In this document: in pieces, positions 12,480 to 25,479 of the stretch
Layout of the letters: each line of letters starts with the position of its first letter
Numbering within the stretch: position 1 is the first letter of the stretch
Assembly (NCBI RefSeq): GCF_006345805.1
Contig: NC_043003.1
Coordinates: forward strand, 69,626,001 to 69,690,000
Reading direction: 5' to 3'
DNA length: 64,000 bases
DNA from: Octopus sinensis
Taxonomy: Eukaryota
Made by a program: the position numbers and the translations under genes
Notes under the pieces: generated by a model
Told to the model about the DNA's origin: nothing
The model's database searches: none
What the model saw: the letters and a program-made list of their open reading frames with translations, nothing else

Positions 12480-14359
12480 TATAATGTGTACACACAAACA
12501 TACACACACACACACCACCACTACCATCATCATCGTCGTCGTCGTCATTTAATGTATGCTTTCCATGTTGGGATGGGTTGGACAGTTTGACTGAGGGCTG
12601 GTGAGCCAGAAGGCTGCACCAGGCTCCAATCTGATCTGGCAAAGTTTCTACAGCTGGATGCCATTCCTAACGCCAACCACTCCAAGAGTGTAGTGGGTGC
12701 ACTAGAATAGACAAAGGACTCTAATGCTTCATCAGTTATTGACCGAAAATACTAATATCCAGTTTCATGCCTTTAACGATAAGACTGGGAACTTCATATA
12801 ATGGCAGCACCTGCAAGAATTGCATAGAATTAGGGGTCAAGAAAACAAAACAATACAAGGTGGACATATAAAAGTAAACAAATGTAATTTGAAACGATAG
12901 ACGAAGACAATAAATAATGCCTGAATTTATATATATGTATATATATACACACACATACATACAAAGGGCTTCTTCCAGTCTCCATCTACCAAATCCAGTC
13001 AAAGGCTTTGGTAAAGTAAAAGACATTTGCCCAAAGTGTCACACAATGGAACTGAACCCATGACCAAACAGTTAGGACACAAGCTTCTTTACCACACAGC
13101 TGTATTAATTTTTTTTTCCTTTCACTTCTATGAACTTATAAAGGAATGATGGTCTCTAAACCCCAAAATCTGCTCTTAAACTTTTGCAAGTCATTTCATT
13201 AATTAGAACACCTCATTTCACTGATTAGTTTCAGAACATCTTATACTTAATTACTGATTTAACGGATACGTCTATCACGTGTTAGAGATGCGAAGATAAG
13301 GTGGTTATTCAACTTTGGAGAATTTGTGAGAAATTTCCACTGATTAGTAAATCTTCACCATTCCTACATCACTTCTTTCTTTCAGGCTGACATATCTGAC
13401 CAAACACGATGGTAAAGGAGAGCGGGGGGAGATACTGAGGGGAGGATGAGAATGGCTTGGAAACAGAGAAAAAATGATGATACTGTCATTATAGATAATA
13501 CTGTTTACACTGATGATGTCATCTTGACTGATGGTCATAATGGCATTTTGATGATGGTAGTGATGATGATGATGAGGAGGAGGAAGAGGAGGAGGGTGAC
13601 GATGACAATGCCTATGTTGATCTATTTAAGAATGATAATTTTGTTCAATGATGTTGTAGGGGATAAATTTCAAGTTTGATTATAACATTCTTTTATAACA
13701 GTGATCTTGCTGTTGATGATAGTGATGATGATGATGATGATGATGATGATAATGATGATGATGAGCTTGATGAGATAATGTATTTAACTACCTATTGGAT
13801 GATGATGATGATGGTGGTGGTGATATTTTTGATTATGCTTATGCTCCTGCCACTCCATTTCTCACTCTCTTTCTCTCTACCATTCATTATTGATATCTAG
13901 CATTTTCTTCTCACATCACTCTGTTATCTCTCCTTTCTTTTTTTCTTTTCCATTACGCCTCCTTCTTACTGAGCTGTCTCCCTCCTGTTACTCTCTCCCT
14001 TCCCCATCACAACAGTTTTCTGCTGTTTCTATTCAACCTCATTACCAACAACTGTCATATAACCATCTATCATTCTCTCTCTCTCTTCCATTACTCTTGT
14101 ATTGCCCACTTGCACCTATCACTCTGGATTTCTTCCATCTCCCTCCCATCATATCTGTCTTCTATTACTCTCTTGCTGCAATCACCCTGGTTATATTTGG
14201 TTAGATCTACAGTTTGGTACTTATTCTATCAGACTCCTTTGCTGAATCTCTAGGTTATGGGGATGTAAACAAACCAACACCAGTTGTCAGGCAGTGGTGG
14301 GACACACAAACACACACACACAATATGCTTGCAACTTCTACTTCCTCTAAGCGATTAGA

Positions 14360-14860
14360 TTCAGTCATCTTCTCTGGGCCATCAGAGAACGCACTGACGA
14401 TGGCACAGAACACCACCGTGCTTAAGTGGACTCATCGGCCAGATCTGAGGATCTCACCAGACCATTTAATCGGTAGTAGCAACAGGTGGTGTGTACAAAG
14501 GGCAGGAATGTGATCGACACAGGCTGATGACCCACACCTACCAGGAATTCCTTGTTCGTGGGGTTGGTTCCAGGCCCTGATCCCTATCACAGGAGGTGGT
14601 TCAGAGGTTTCCTGACCCTCTCAAGCCAAGGGAAGTATGCTCTAAGGGCATCACAGACTTGTTAACGCTCCACCTCCTGCAGCTTTCTGCTACCTGTTCC
14701 TCTAAGAAGCATTGCGTTCTCCAACTGACTGGCCTGGATGTGATGGCATGCCACCGCTGGGCTCGCACAAGCCAAGCTGACCAGGTCACGGCTGCCACTC
14801 CAGAACCAACAGCCCCATGAGAGGGCAGCAGAAATTGTGGGGAAAGAAAATGGATGGATG
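14360..14860 (-). mobile_element. Old LINE 3' fragment (I/Nimb/Ingi-like), highly decayed
   Basis: GC-richer block; the minus strand gives remnants resembling GRCG...DHI..CPLYTPP zinc-finger termini, with stops and frameshifts. Confidence 0.35.
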
Positions 14861-14963
14861 GATTCCATAGAAGGAGTGTATAGCTACTGGCTGGTTATAA
14901 ATAAACCACTGATTCAATTTAAACAAGCATAATGGTTCTTTAAACCATTCTTATCAAACTTAC

Positions 14964-15132
14964 TGTACTTTTCTTTGATGTAATTCTCAACTTGCAGTAT
15001 TAGTACCTGCTTGTAGTTTTGCACAGCCACATCAATAAGATCTTCAATCACAAGAATCTGAGTACCATCCTCTGTATACATAGCACGAGCAACATTTGTC
15101 AGTCCAAGACTTTGTGTACATTGTGACAACAG
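14964..15132 (-). CDS. DCDC1: DCDC1-like gene, internal exon I (DCX-like)
   Basis: Acceptor ctcttttttcAG, donor a|GTAAGT. 169 nt, phase 0->1: LLSQCTQSLGLTNVARAMYTEDGTQILVIEDLIDVAVQNYKQVLILQVENYIKEKY. Matches the DCX pattern L..CT..L.L....R.lyT.dG. Confidence 0.87.
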
Positions 15133-15475
15133 CTGAAAAAAGAGAACAGACATTGGTAAATAAGATTGTGTGTGTGTGTATGTGAGTACCATCATTTTAA
15201 ACTATGATTAATTGAATACAAACATACATAAGCACACCACACACACACACACACACACACACACTTGATACAGAAGTTTGCTGGAAGGAATGCCACATAA
15301 CCAAAATTAATTTTCACTGAGAATACCAAGGAAGTAACTCAACTGTATTATGCAATATGGCCAAATTGAGTTGAGTAATAATAACAGATGGTTTACTGAA
15401 ACACATGTAGGTTTTCTAAAACTTAAAATACCAATCACAACATTTTCTGTGGTTATTATACTAACTTATATATCT

Positions 15476-15515
<40 letters not shown>

Positions 15516-15540
15516 CATATATATACACACTCACTACATG

Positions 15541-16123
15541 CACAGACATGCAGGAAGTAAATAGACACCTTTAATTTTCAAAATTTCTGATTTAAGCATC
15601 TTAATATGTTTTCAGCAGTGTAGAATTTACAATGTAATTATTCTTTTTCATTCCAGGTGCTATTATATTAAACATTTCTGAAGAGTAACCATGTCACGCA
15701 CAAAAAATTCAGCAGAACTGTCAAATTTTCAAAGAGGTTGTGTCGTTGGGTAATGTGAGGCTGGTGTTAACCAGCGAAAAATTGCCAAAAATCTTCAAAT
15801 TCCTCTTGCTACTGTTAATAGAATTATAGTGCAATTCAAAAGCCAAGGAAAAGAATCAACAGATTCTCGCCCCAGCCGACCTGGTCCCTCAGAAAGAAAG
15901 CTTCACAGTTTGAAGAGAATTGTGGAAAAGAACCCTGTTCGAAGGCTTCTGACATTGCAAAACAGCTAGAAGTTAGTCCAAGAACACGTGTTCTTGGACT
16001 AACTTACTTGGTTGAAGGAGAGATACATAGCTTATGCAGCTATGTATCTCTCCTTCAACCAATTAATATCAAATAAAAGATTTTGAAAATTAAAAGTGTT
16101 TATTTATTTCCTGCATGTCTGTG
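15541..16123 (+). mobile_element. Internally deleted Tc1-family transposon
   Basis: ~44-bp imperfect TIRs CACAGACATGCAGGAA(G/A)TAAATA... From 15691 it reads [45 protein letters not shown]...[24 protein letters not shown] (Tc1 paired-like HTH). No catalytic domain. Confidence 0.85.
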
Positions 16124-17473
16124 TATATATTAATCAAAGTATACAGTATTAAAGATCTTTACAGCCAATCATAACAATTGGTTTTGCACCAGTCTGGATA
16201 CTTATTGATCAGACCATGTACACACACACACACATATACCATCCTCATCTTCATATAACATATGTCTTCCATGGTGGTATGGGGTAGATAGTTCAACAGG
16301 ATCTGATGGGCCAAAGGACTGTCAGGCTCCAATGTTTGCTTTGACATGTTTTTTATAACTGTCTGCCCTTCCAAGTACCAACATTTTGCAGAGTGTACTG
16401 GGTTTTTTTTATGTGGCATGAGCATTGGTGAGTCACCAAGTAAGCCGTAAAGCAAGATCCCTCAAATGCATGGTGAGGGGTGTAGTATTGATGGTGATGG
16501 CTTTGTGCAAGGCTTTGAAGGGCTGAAATATGACAGAGGAAAAGAACAGGTGTCATGTGGTAGAAGAAATATGTATATATGTCTGTATATATATATACAT
16601 CTGAGCATGATCGTTGCTAGGTCTGCAGACTGGCTCCCATGCCAGTGGCACGTAAAAAGCACCGTTCGAGTGTAATCATTGCCAGTGTCAACTTAATGGC
16701 ACATTTGAGTGTGGTCATTGCCAGTGCTGCCAGACTGGCTCCATTGCAGGTTGCATGTAAAAAACACCTTTTGAGCATGGTCATTGCCAGAACTGCCTGA
16801 GTAGCCTTCGTGCTGGTGGAACATAAAAGCACCCACTACACTCTTGGAGTGGTTGACGTTAGGAAGGGTATCCAGCTGTAGAAACCTTACCTGATCAGAT
16901 TGGAGCCTGGTGCAGTGCAGCCTTCTAGCTCACCAGTCTTCAATCAAACTATCCAATCCATCCCAACATGGAAAGCAGGTGTTAAACGACAACAATGATG
17001 ATGTTAATGTATAAAACAATAGTGGTGATGAGGTGTGAGGGCATACTCTCAAGGTACAAGAAGGTGAGTAAAAGGGAACATAGGGACAGAGGATTGAAAA
17101 GAATGTGTGAGTAAGTTCATGAGTATGTGAAAGGAGAGCGACTGATATTTAAGGGATGCAGTGAACAAGGGTGGAGGTATGGTTAGTGGTGAATATCAGT
17201 TTGGGGAGGAGGTGGAGGAAATAGAAATGGGTTAAGGGACAGGTGGTGGTAAATGGTTGTACAAAAGGCAAGTGGAGAGCAGCAGTAAAATAAATATGAT
17301 GAGAAGTGCAAGGAGAGAGAGTAAGATATGCAGTGACAGAGATACAAAAGGGTGGATATAGAAAGTGATAATTAAAGGTGAATGTGCACATCATGACAGA
17401 TATGAGAGGGTGTTAAGGCAAAAAAATAACATTAAAAAAAGACAAACAAAAATTGAGTCTGGTGATGACTTAC

Positions 17474-17736
17474 ACCTTCCAAAGTAGATCCAATCACTAA
17501 ATGACCACTATGAAGTCGACCATCGCCATTCTTATAAGCTATCAATTTGATGACCTTCACATTTTGAGCTGTTGATAGTTCTTTGCCAATTGTATGAACA
17601 CTGGTTTCTTCACGAAGATTTGATAATTTTTCTTCCCAGCGATGAAGTGTTAATAAAGCTTCATGAGTTGATAGATCTACTTTACCATTTAGTACCTGGA
17701 AACTTCCATAAAGCTTTCTGCTCTCCAAATCTTTAT
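17474..17736 (-). CDS. DCDC1: DCDC1-like gene, internal exon H (start of a further DCX-like domain)
   Basis: Acceptor aatatttcAG, donor ggt|GTAAGT. 263 nt, phase 1->0: (D)KDLESRKLYGSFQVLNGKVDLSTHEALLTLHRWEEKL...VIKLIAYKNGDGRLHSGHLVIGSTLEG. The (A)YKNGD motif is typical of the start of a DCX domain. Confidence 0.87.
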
Positions 17737-18519
17737 CTGAAATATTATAGGAAACATGTAGTAAGCCAATGATTGTTCCACTTGAAACAACATTATTATT
17801 GTTGTACTCAACAATAACTGACACCATTATTATTCCCCAGTTGCAATATAAAATAAATCAAAACTGAAAATCTAAAGCAATTTGATGTGTGAATCATCAT
17901 TGTTATTGAGTTAATGTCCATGCTTGCCAAAGTAGATTCTCTATGGCTGGATACTCTTCTTGCCAACCTTTAGCTGTTTCCAAGTAAAATAACATTTCTT
18001 TAAGATCTGATATGTTTTCACCAAATATTGGAAACAAACGACAACTCTTGTATGACTGTGACACTCATTGACAAGTATAATGTGAGGTCAAGGCAAGGAG
18101 ACAGTAACACACACACATGCACATGTGCACACACACACACACACACATATCATCATCATCATTATCATCATCGTTTAACGTCCGTTTTTCTGTGCTAGCA
18201 TGGGTTGGACATTGAAGCAAGGTCACTGCCAGTGCCGCTGGACTGGCTCTTGTGCAGGTGGCACACAAAAAACACCATTTGAGCGTGGCCGTTGCCAGAA
18301 CCGGTTGAGTGGTCCTCGTGCTGGTGGCACGTAAAAGCACCCACTACACTCTCGGAGTGGTTGGCATTAGGAAAGGCATCCAGCTGTAGAAACTCTGCCA
18401 GATCAGATTGGAGTCTGGTGCAGCCATCTGGTTCGCCAGTCCTCAGTCAAATCATCCAACCCATGCCAGCATGGAAAGCAGATGTTAAACGATGATGATG
18501 ATGATATATATGTATGTGT

Positions 18520-18585
<66 letters not shown>

Positions 18586-20370
18586 GTATGTATGTGTGTG
18601 TGTATGTAAGTATGACAGGCTTCTTTTAATTTCCATTTACTAAATCCACTCACAAGATTTTGAGAAGTATGGAGCTACAATAGAAGACATTAGTCCAAGG
18701 TGCCACACAGTGGGACTGAACCTAAAACCAACCATGTAATTGGGAAGCAAACATCTTACCACACAACCATGCCTGCACCTGAATGTTAACAAAAAATTGG
18801 AAATGTTCTGTAACTTTTAAAAGGTCATTAGGTCACAGATAAGACTATTTGATGCAAGTAAGCAGCTATCTGCATATTTAATACATAGAATAGTAAATAA
18901 GAAAAAAAAAAGTTAATGTAGAATCAGAGAGAAGTATACACTTGACTCTAATAAATATTATTTATTCACGTTTCTAGTAGCAACAACAGACTTGTTTCTG
19001 CTTCATTGAACATCTTCAGCAAAGTGCAGCCTGTAATTTGTTGAAGTGTTGGAAAATGAACAATGCGGTAAATACATAAAAATGTAAAGAAAACTTATTA
19101 GAGCATAAAAATAAATTTGTTCAGAAATTAGATATATCTGTGACACCATCCACATAACAATATGCAATGATCTGCATGAAACAAAGACACGAGTTCTCGT
19201 CTCATGTAATTGCTCGAATAATGTAAAAAAAATTAGTCACAGAAAAAGTGTTATTGTTTTTTGGTTGTTTTTTTCCTCACTGAATATTATTTGGCTTTTG
19301 CTTTCTGTCTTTTTGTATTCTAAATCTGTTAGGTTTGGCTGTGCGGTTAAGAAGCTTGTTTCCCAACCATACGGTTTCAGGTTCAGTCCTACTGCATGGC
19401 CCCATGGAGCAAGTGTCTGCTACTATACAGCCCAAAGCTGATCACAGCATTGGGAGTGGATTTGATAGATGAAAACTATAAGACACATGCTCTTTTTCTC
19501 TCTTTCTTTCCTTCTTTCTTTCTCTCTCTCTCTCTCCTTTTATTCTTTTATTTGTTTCAGTCATTTGACTGTAGCCATGCTGGAGCACTGCCTTTAGTCG
19601 AATAAATCAAACCCAGCACTTATTCTTTGTAAGCCTAGTACATATTCTATCGGTGTCTTTTGCCGAACTGCTAAGTTACTGGGATGTAAACATACCAGCA
19701 TCAGTTGATAAACACAGCACTGTCTTTAAAATATTGATTTCTAATTTAGGCACAAGGCCAGCAATTTTCAGAGAGGAGTAAGTCAATTACATTGACCCCT
19801 AGCAATCAACTGGTACTTATTTCATTGACCTTGAAAGAATGAAAAGCAAAGATGTTGGGGGTACAAACACAGACACACACATACATAGATATAAATATAT
19901 ATATATATATATATGTATGACAGACTTCTTTCAGTTTCTTTCTACCAAATCCACCCACAAGGCTTTGGTCAGCCCAAGGCTATAATAGAGGACACTTTCC
20001 CAAGGGGCCACATAGTAGGATTGAACCCAGTCCTACTGGTTGGGAAGCAAGCTACTTACCACACAGCCATTTCTGCACCTGTAATATACACACACACACA
20101 TACTTCACATCATAGTGAAGAGATGACACAATATCAGTAAAGCAATTTGAGAAATTTGAAAAGAAAATACAAAACTGGTTATTTCTCCAAAAACAATGTT
20201 ACTATACACAAAATTTTATAACATTTCTAACATAAACGATTTAAATATTTTCTTTAACCATATAACACAAGTCTTCTGTAGTTTTTTCACTTTATTTTGT
20301 CTTTTATACATCCAACCATGTGCTTTCACATACCAACTCTCTCACCTATATATCTATATCTATCTATCTA

Positions 20371-20409
<39 letters not shown>

Positions 20410-21605
20410 ACTTTACTTACTACTGACACATTTTCAGTTATAATGATGATGAGGGTTCCAGTTGATCTGATCAACAGAAGAGTCTGCTCGTGAAATTAAC
20501 ATGGAAGTGGCTGAGCACTCCACAGACACATGTACCTTTAATGTAATTCTCAGGGAGATTTAGTGGGACACTGAATATGACAAAGTTGGCCCTTTGAATT
20601 ACAGGTACAACGCATTTTTGCTGAGTGAACTGGAGCAATGTGAAATAAAGTGTCTTGCTCAAGAACAGTGTGCTGCTGGGAATTGAACTCATGACCTTAT
20701 GACTGTGAGCTGAAGACCCTAACCACTAAGCCATGTGCCTTCACACACACACACAGGATAAACACAAATGGATTTTAAAAGTCATGACAGCTGTTTCGGT
20801 AAAATTTTATTGATGCCTTCATAGATTACATCATAGCATACAATCCACCATCTTCAGGTAAAAATTTTCAACGGGTGTAAACAGGTGAGATAAAACCTTG
20901 ATGATGATAAATCCAGCTAATTGCTTTCTTTTAGTAAAAGTTACATATTTCAAACTAATTGATAAGCAGTTTTCTTTATTATAGATAGTTACAGAAAAGC
21001 AGTTATAAAAACATATTAATTAAGCAAAAACTAAACAGGGAAATCGGGGAAGTGAGTGATTCTTCAAAAAATCTCTTTTGATAAACACAGCACTCTCTTT
21101 AAAATATTGATTTCGAATTTAGGTGCAAGGCCAGCAATTTTTGGGAAGGAGTAAGTCAATTACATTGACCCCAGCAATTAACTGGTACTTATTTCATTCA
21201 CCTTGAAAGAATGAAAAGCAAAGTCAACCGTGGCGGAATTTGAACTCAGAACATAAAAGGTGAATGAATTACCGCTAAGCATTTTTCCTGGCATGCTAAC
21301 AATTCTGCCAGCTTGCTGCCTTTACTCTGTCTTTAAAAATATTATTTTCTACTCTAGGCACAAGGCCCGAAATTTTTTTATAGTGGGGGTAGTCAATTAG
21401 ATCAACCCCAGTATGTAACTGATACTTAATTTATTGATCCTGAAAGGATGAAAGGCAAAGTTGACCTTGGCAGAATTTGAACTCAGAATGTAAAGACAGA
21501 CGAAATACTGCTAAGCATTACACCCGGTGTGCTAACATTTCAGCCATCTCACCGCCTTAAAATGTGTTGTTAATATTTTAAAAATAATTAAACAATACAT
21601 TTTAA

Positions 21606-21807
21606 CCTTTTCGTTACCGACATGGCTGAAACTGACTCTGTCTTGTTTTCATAAGTTTTGAATTAAAATCTTCCACCAACCTTAGACACAATTTATGTTC
21701 CTAACAGCAGCTGAATGATAACTAAGTTATTTTACTAAATTCTTTGTTATATTTAAAATTAATTGAAAGAAACACAGAACACCTCAAAATAAATAGTCAT
21801 GAAAGGG
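21606..21807. mobile_element. piggyBac-type MITE
   Basis: Flanked by TTAA on both sides, termini CCTTTTCG...TGAAAGGG. The interior matches 27089-27306 in the opposite orientation. Confidence 0.75.
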
Positions 21808-22142
21808 TTAAGACAGCAAGATTTACAATAAAAATGGTAAAGATCAGCAAATGAGGATAAACTTTATTTAGACACCAGTCATTGTGGATTTACAATATTG
21901 TAGGGGTGGGGGATGTGATATCTGATTGATTACTTCAAAAACCATTGGTCTGGTTTATCAAAGATGACCAAAGTTGGTCAAGCAATAATGATGAATATGA
22001 AAAATTAAAGTTGTATTAATCAATGATTAATATCTTTAATTTTATCTCGCTTCAAATTCATTTCCATTTTGGCTCTTTTAATGCTTCACATTAAATTCGA
22101 CCAAAGTGTTTCAGAATAACAACTACTATTGCTGCTGCTAAG

Positions 22143-22185
<43 letters not shown>

Positions 22186-22278
22186 GTGCAGTTGTCTCTC
22201 TTGCACACCACATTTGAGGCTTCTTAATAATTATAATAACACTAATAATAATAATAATAATAAAAATAATAATAATAA

Positions 22279-22309
<31 letters not shown>

Positions 22310-22323
22310 AAGAAGAAGAAGAA

Positions 22324-22965
22324 GAAACAATAAATCATATTATCTCTAGCTGCCCAGTCCTGGCTAAGAAGGAATATATTCACAGACATGACAGAGTTGG
22401 AACCTACATACATTGGAAGCTATGCCAACATTATGGAATAACAACAGAAAAAAGATGGTATAGGCACACACCAGAAAAGGTCACAGAAAACGAGAAAGCA
22501 ACCATACTCTGGGATATGCCGATACACACAGATAGAGAAATTAAGGCCAACAGGCCAGATATAGTCGTCAGAGATCATGAAGAAAAAAAATGCTTTCTAA
22601 TTGATGTATCAATACCGGCAGATGACAACGTGTCTCTAAAAGAAATGGAGAAACTCTCAAAATACAAAGACCTGGAAATAGAGGTAACCAGAATGTGGAA
22701 TCTGAAAACAGAAACAATTCCTATCATAGTAGGTGCATTAGGCATGATAAAAAAATATTCAGACAAATACATAACAAAAACACCAGGACTTACAAACACA
22801 TATAACATACAGAAAAAATTGCACTACTAGGCACTGCACACATCCTACGCAGAACACTTTCCATACAATAACCATCAGAGCATCACAACAAATCACAGCA
22901 CATACCCAAGGCACACAGAGCTGTGCTCGGTAGTGAAGTGAAAGCACGCTATAAAAATAAAACTA

Positions 22966-22968
<3 letters not shown>
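22324..22968 (+). mobile_element. 5'-truncated R4/Dong-like non-LTR retrotransposon (restriction-like endonuclease end) in a (TAA)n tract
   Basis: Encodes ETINHIISSC...RHD...ILWDMPIHTDREIKANRPDIVV...IDVSIP...EKLSKYKDL...PIIVGALG, then after a frameshift IALLGTAHILRRTLSIQ*. Ends CTGAAT(AAT)n. Dong-type elements are known to target TAA repeats. Confidence 0.88.
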
Positions 22969-23015
<47 letters not shown>

Positions 23016-23981
23016 TAATTCTTTCTATTAAAAGCACAAGGCCTGGAATTTGTTGGGGAGGGGACTTGTCGATTATATTGACCAGTGTTTTGCTGGAGCT
23101 TAATTTATTGATCCTGAAAGGATGAAAGGCAAAATTGATCTCGGCAGAATTTGAACTCAGAATGTAGCAACAAGTGACATACCACTAAGCATTTCATTCA
23201 GCATGCTAACAATTTTGTCAGCTTACCACCTTCTTAATAATAACAGTAATGATAATAATCATGGACATTGTTTTGTTTTGGTATAAAAGATGGGCTACAG
23301 TAAATATTCTGCTCAATACCACAAATTTGCTTGTCAATTATGTGACCGTAACCAGTTGAGCATGTCCCTTTGTGGCTGACGATATGTCCATCTCTGATCA
23401 CGAGCAGAAGTAGTGAAGGAGCATCATAGCCATGTGTGGAGACGAATTCTTTGGGGTTTGAATAATTCACTTCTGGAAACATGGGTGATTTGTTCATTAT
23501 CCTTAAACAACCCTTATTCAGGGACCTTTTGAGCTGGATAGGCTATTTGACCTGAAGTTAATTCTCACTGGCCTCCACCTGCAAGGTTGTGCTCTGATTA
23601 TCATGATATGAGATCACAATATCACGCACATATGGTTGTGATGCATGTGTCTATTGTACCCTTATCAGACGGGTAGTCATGATGGGTATACTGGGCTTTC
23701 TATATTTTACCCCAGTATCACTTTGATGGCACGCACTGCTCTCTCTCTCTCACTCAATAATAATAATAATAATAATAATAATGGTTTCAAACACAAGGCC
23801 AGCAAGTTTGGTGGGGAGGGGCAAGTTGACCCCCAATGCTCAACTGGTACTTATTTTATCAACCCTGAAATAATGAAAGGCAATGTTGGCCTCGGCAGAA
23901 TTTGAATTCAGAACATGCAAATGGACGAAATGAATCTAAGAATTTTGCCCGGCATGCTAATGATTCTGCCAGCCCACCACC

Positions 23982-24021
<40 letters not shown>

Positions 24022-24040
24022 CAACAACAACAACAACAAC

Positions 24041-24397
24041 AAGAGCACTCAGAGAGTGCAAACCTCTGCCAAGGCAACATCAATGTCCTCTCAACGATTA
24101 GCTGGAGATGATTTTTAAAATGGGAATATCAATTGCTCTCAAAAGCGAGAATACTAAAAATGAACCCGACCTCTCTCAAAAATTAAGTAAAAAAAAAATG
24201 GAAAAATAATCCAGAATCGTTGTCCGGTATTGGATCAATCCCAAAATCTAATCAGTTTGTGCCAGTCACAAGGCCAAACATCTCTGAAATTTTCATCTGA
24301 ATCCATCCAACGGTTCTTGAGATATCTTGTCCATAGAAAACAAGCAAACAAACACAACTGAAAACAATACCTCTGCCTTTGCTAAGGCGGTGGTAAT
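24041..24397 (-). mobile_element. Helentron/HINE-like non-autonomous element (other copies 41828-42182; partial 24713-24908, 25089-25276, 26105-26315)
   Basis: Subterminal inverted motifs ACC(T/A)C(C/T)GCC / GGC(A/G)GAGGT, a 3' hairpin GCACTCTCTGAGTGC, a 5' hairpin, no TSD, and insertion into T-rich microsatellite. This is the DINE/HINE architecture. Confidence 0.65.
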
Positions 24398-25319
24398 AAT
24401 TATTATTTCAAATTTTTGCCACAAGGGCAGCTAGGGGTGGGGGGAGTAAATTGATTACATCAACCGCAGTGCATAACTGGAACTTATTTAATCAACCCTG
24501 AAAGGCAAAGTTGACCTCAGCAGAATTTGAACTCAGAAATATAAAGGCGAGAGAAATATTGTTAAGCATTTCGCCCAGTGTGCTAACAATTCTGTCAGCT
24601 CGCTGCCTTAATAATAATAATTATAATAATAATGATGATGGTGGTGGTGGTGGTGGTGGTGATGATGATGATGATGATGATGATGACGACGACGACGACA
24701 ACAACAACAACAAGAGCACTCAGAAAGTACAAACCTCCGCCAAGGCAACACTAATGATTAACTGTATTTTTAAAATGAGAATATCTGAAATAAACTCGAC
24801 TGCTCTTACGAATGAGAATACTAAAAACGAACCTGACTGCTCCCAAAAATTAAGTAAAAAACTGGAAAAATAATCTAGAATCCTTGTCTGGTACCTGATT
24901 GATCCCAATGGTAGTCATGGAATGTGAAGGTGGCTGTAGAAAAATTTAGTAACAGTAATAAATAGTTTATCTTTATCTAAGCCAAAGTTAACAAATTCTC
25001 CATTCAAAATAGTTACAGCCTAAAGGGAGATAATTAGAAAGACTTGAAAGTTAACTTAAGATTGTAATCATGTCAAGTAAATATAACAAATAATCCAGAA
25101 TCTTTGTTCGGTACCGGATTGATCCCAAAATCTAATCAGTTCGTGTCAGTCACGGGGCCAAACATCACTGAAAGTTTCATCTGAATCCATTCAGCGGTTT
25201 TTGAGATATCTTGTCCACAGATAAACAAACAAACGTGACTGAAAACAATATTTCTGCCTTAGTGAAGGTGGAGATAATAATAATATAGTAACAACAGAAT
25301 AATAATAATAATGACTGAC

Positions 25320-25479
25320 CTTGATCTCCCATGGCACATGAAAACTCAGTCCCTGGCTTTAATTTCTGCATACAATATCGTCCTCTAAGAGTATAGGCAC
25401 ATGAAAGGCAGAGTTTTTTATACAAAACAGTTTGACCACTTAAAGAATCTGGTTTCTGAGGTAATTCGACTGAGTAACC
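25320..25479 (-). CDS. DCDC1: DCDC1-like gene, internal exon G
   Basis: Acceptor aacttttccAG, donor g|GTCAGT. 160 nt, phase 0->1: GYSVELPQKPDSLSGQTVLYKKLCLSCAYTLRGRYCMQKLKPGTEFSCAMGDQ. Confidence 0.8.

Noticed and set aside
15007-15132. Shorter version of exon I using the donor CAG|GTACTA at 15006
   Set aside because: It ends in phase 0, which is incompatible with the phase-1 acceptor of exon J. The GTAAGT donor at 14963 is stronger and keeps the frame.
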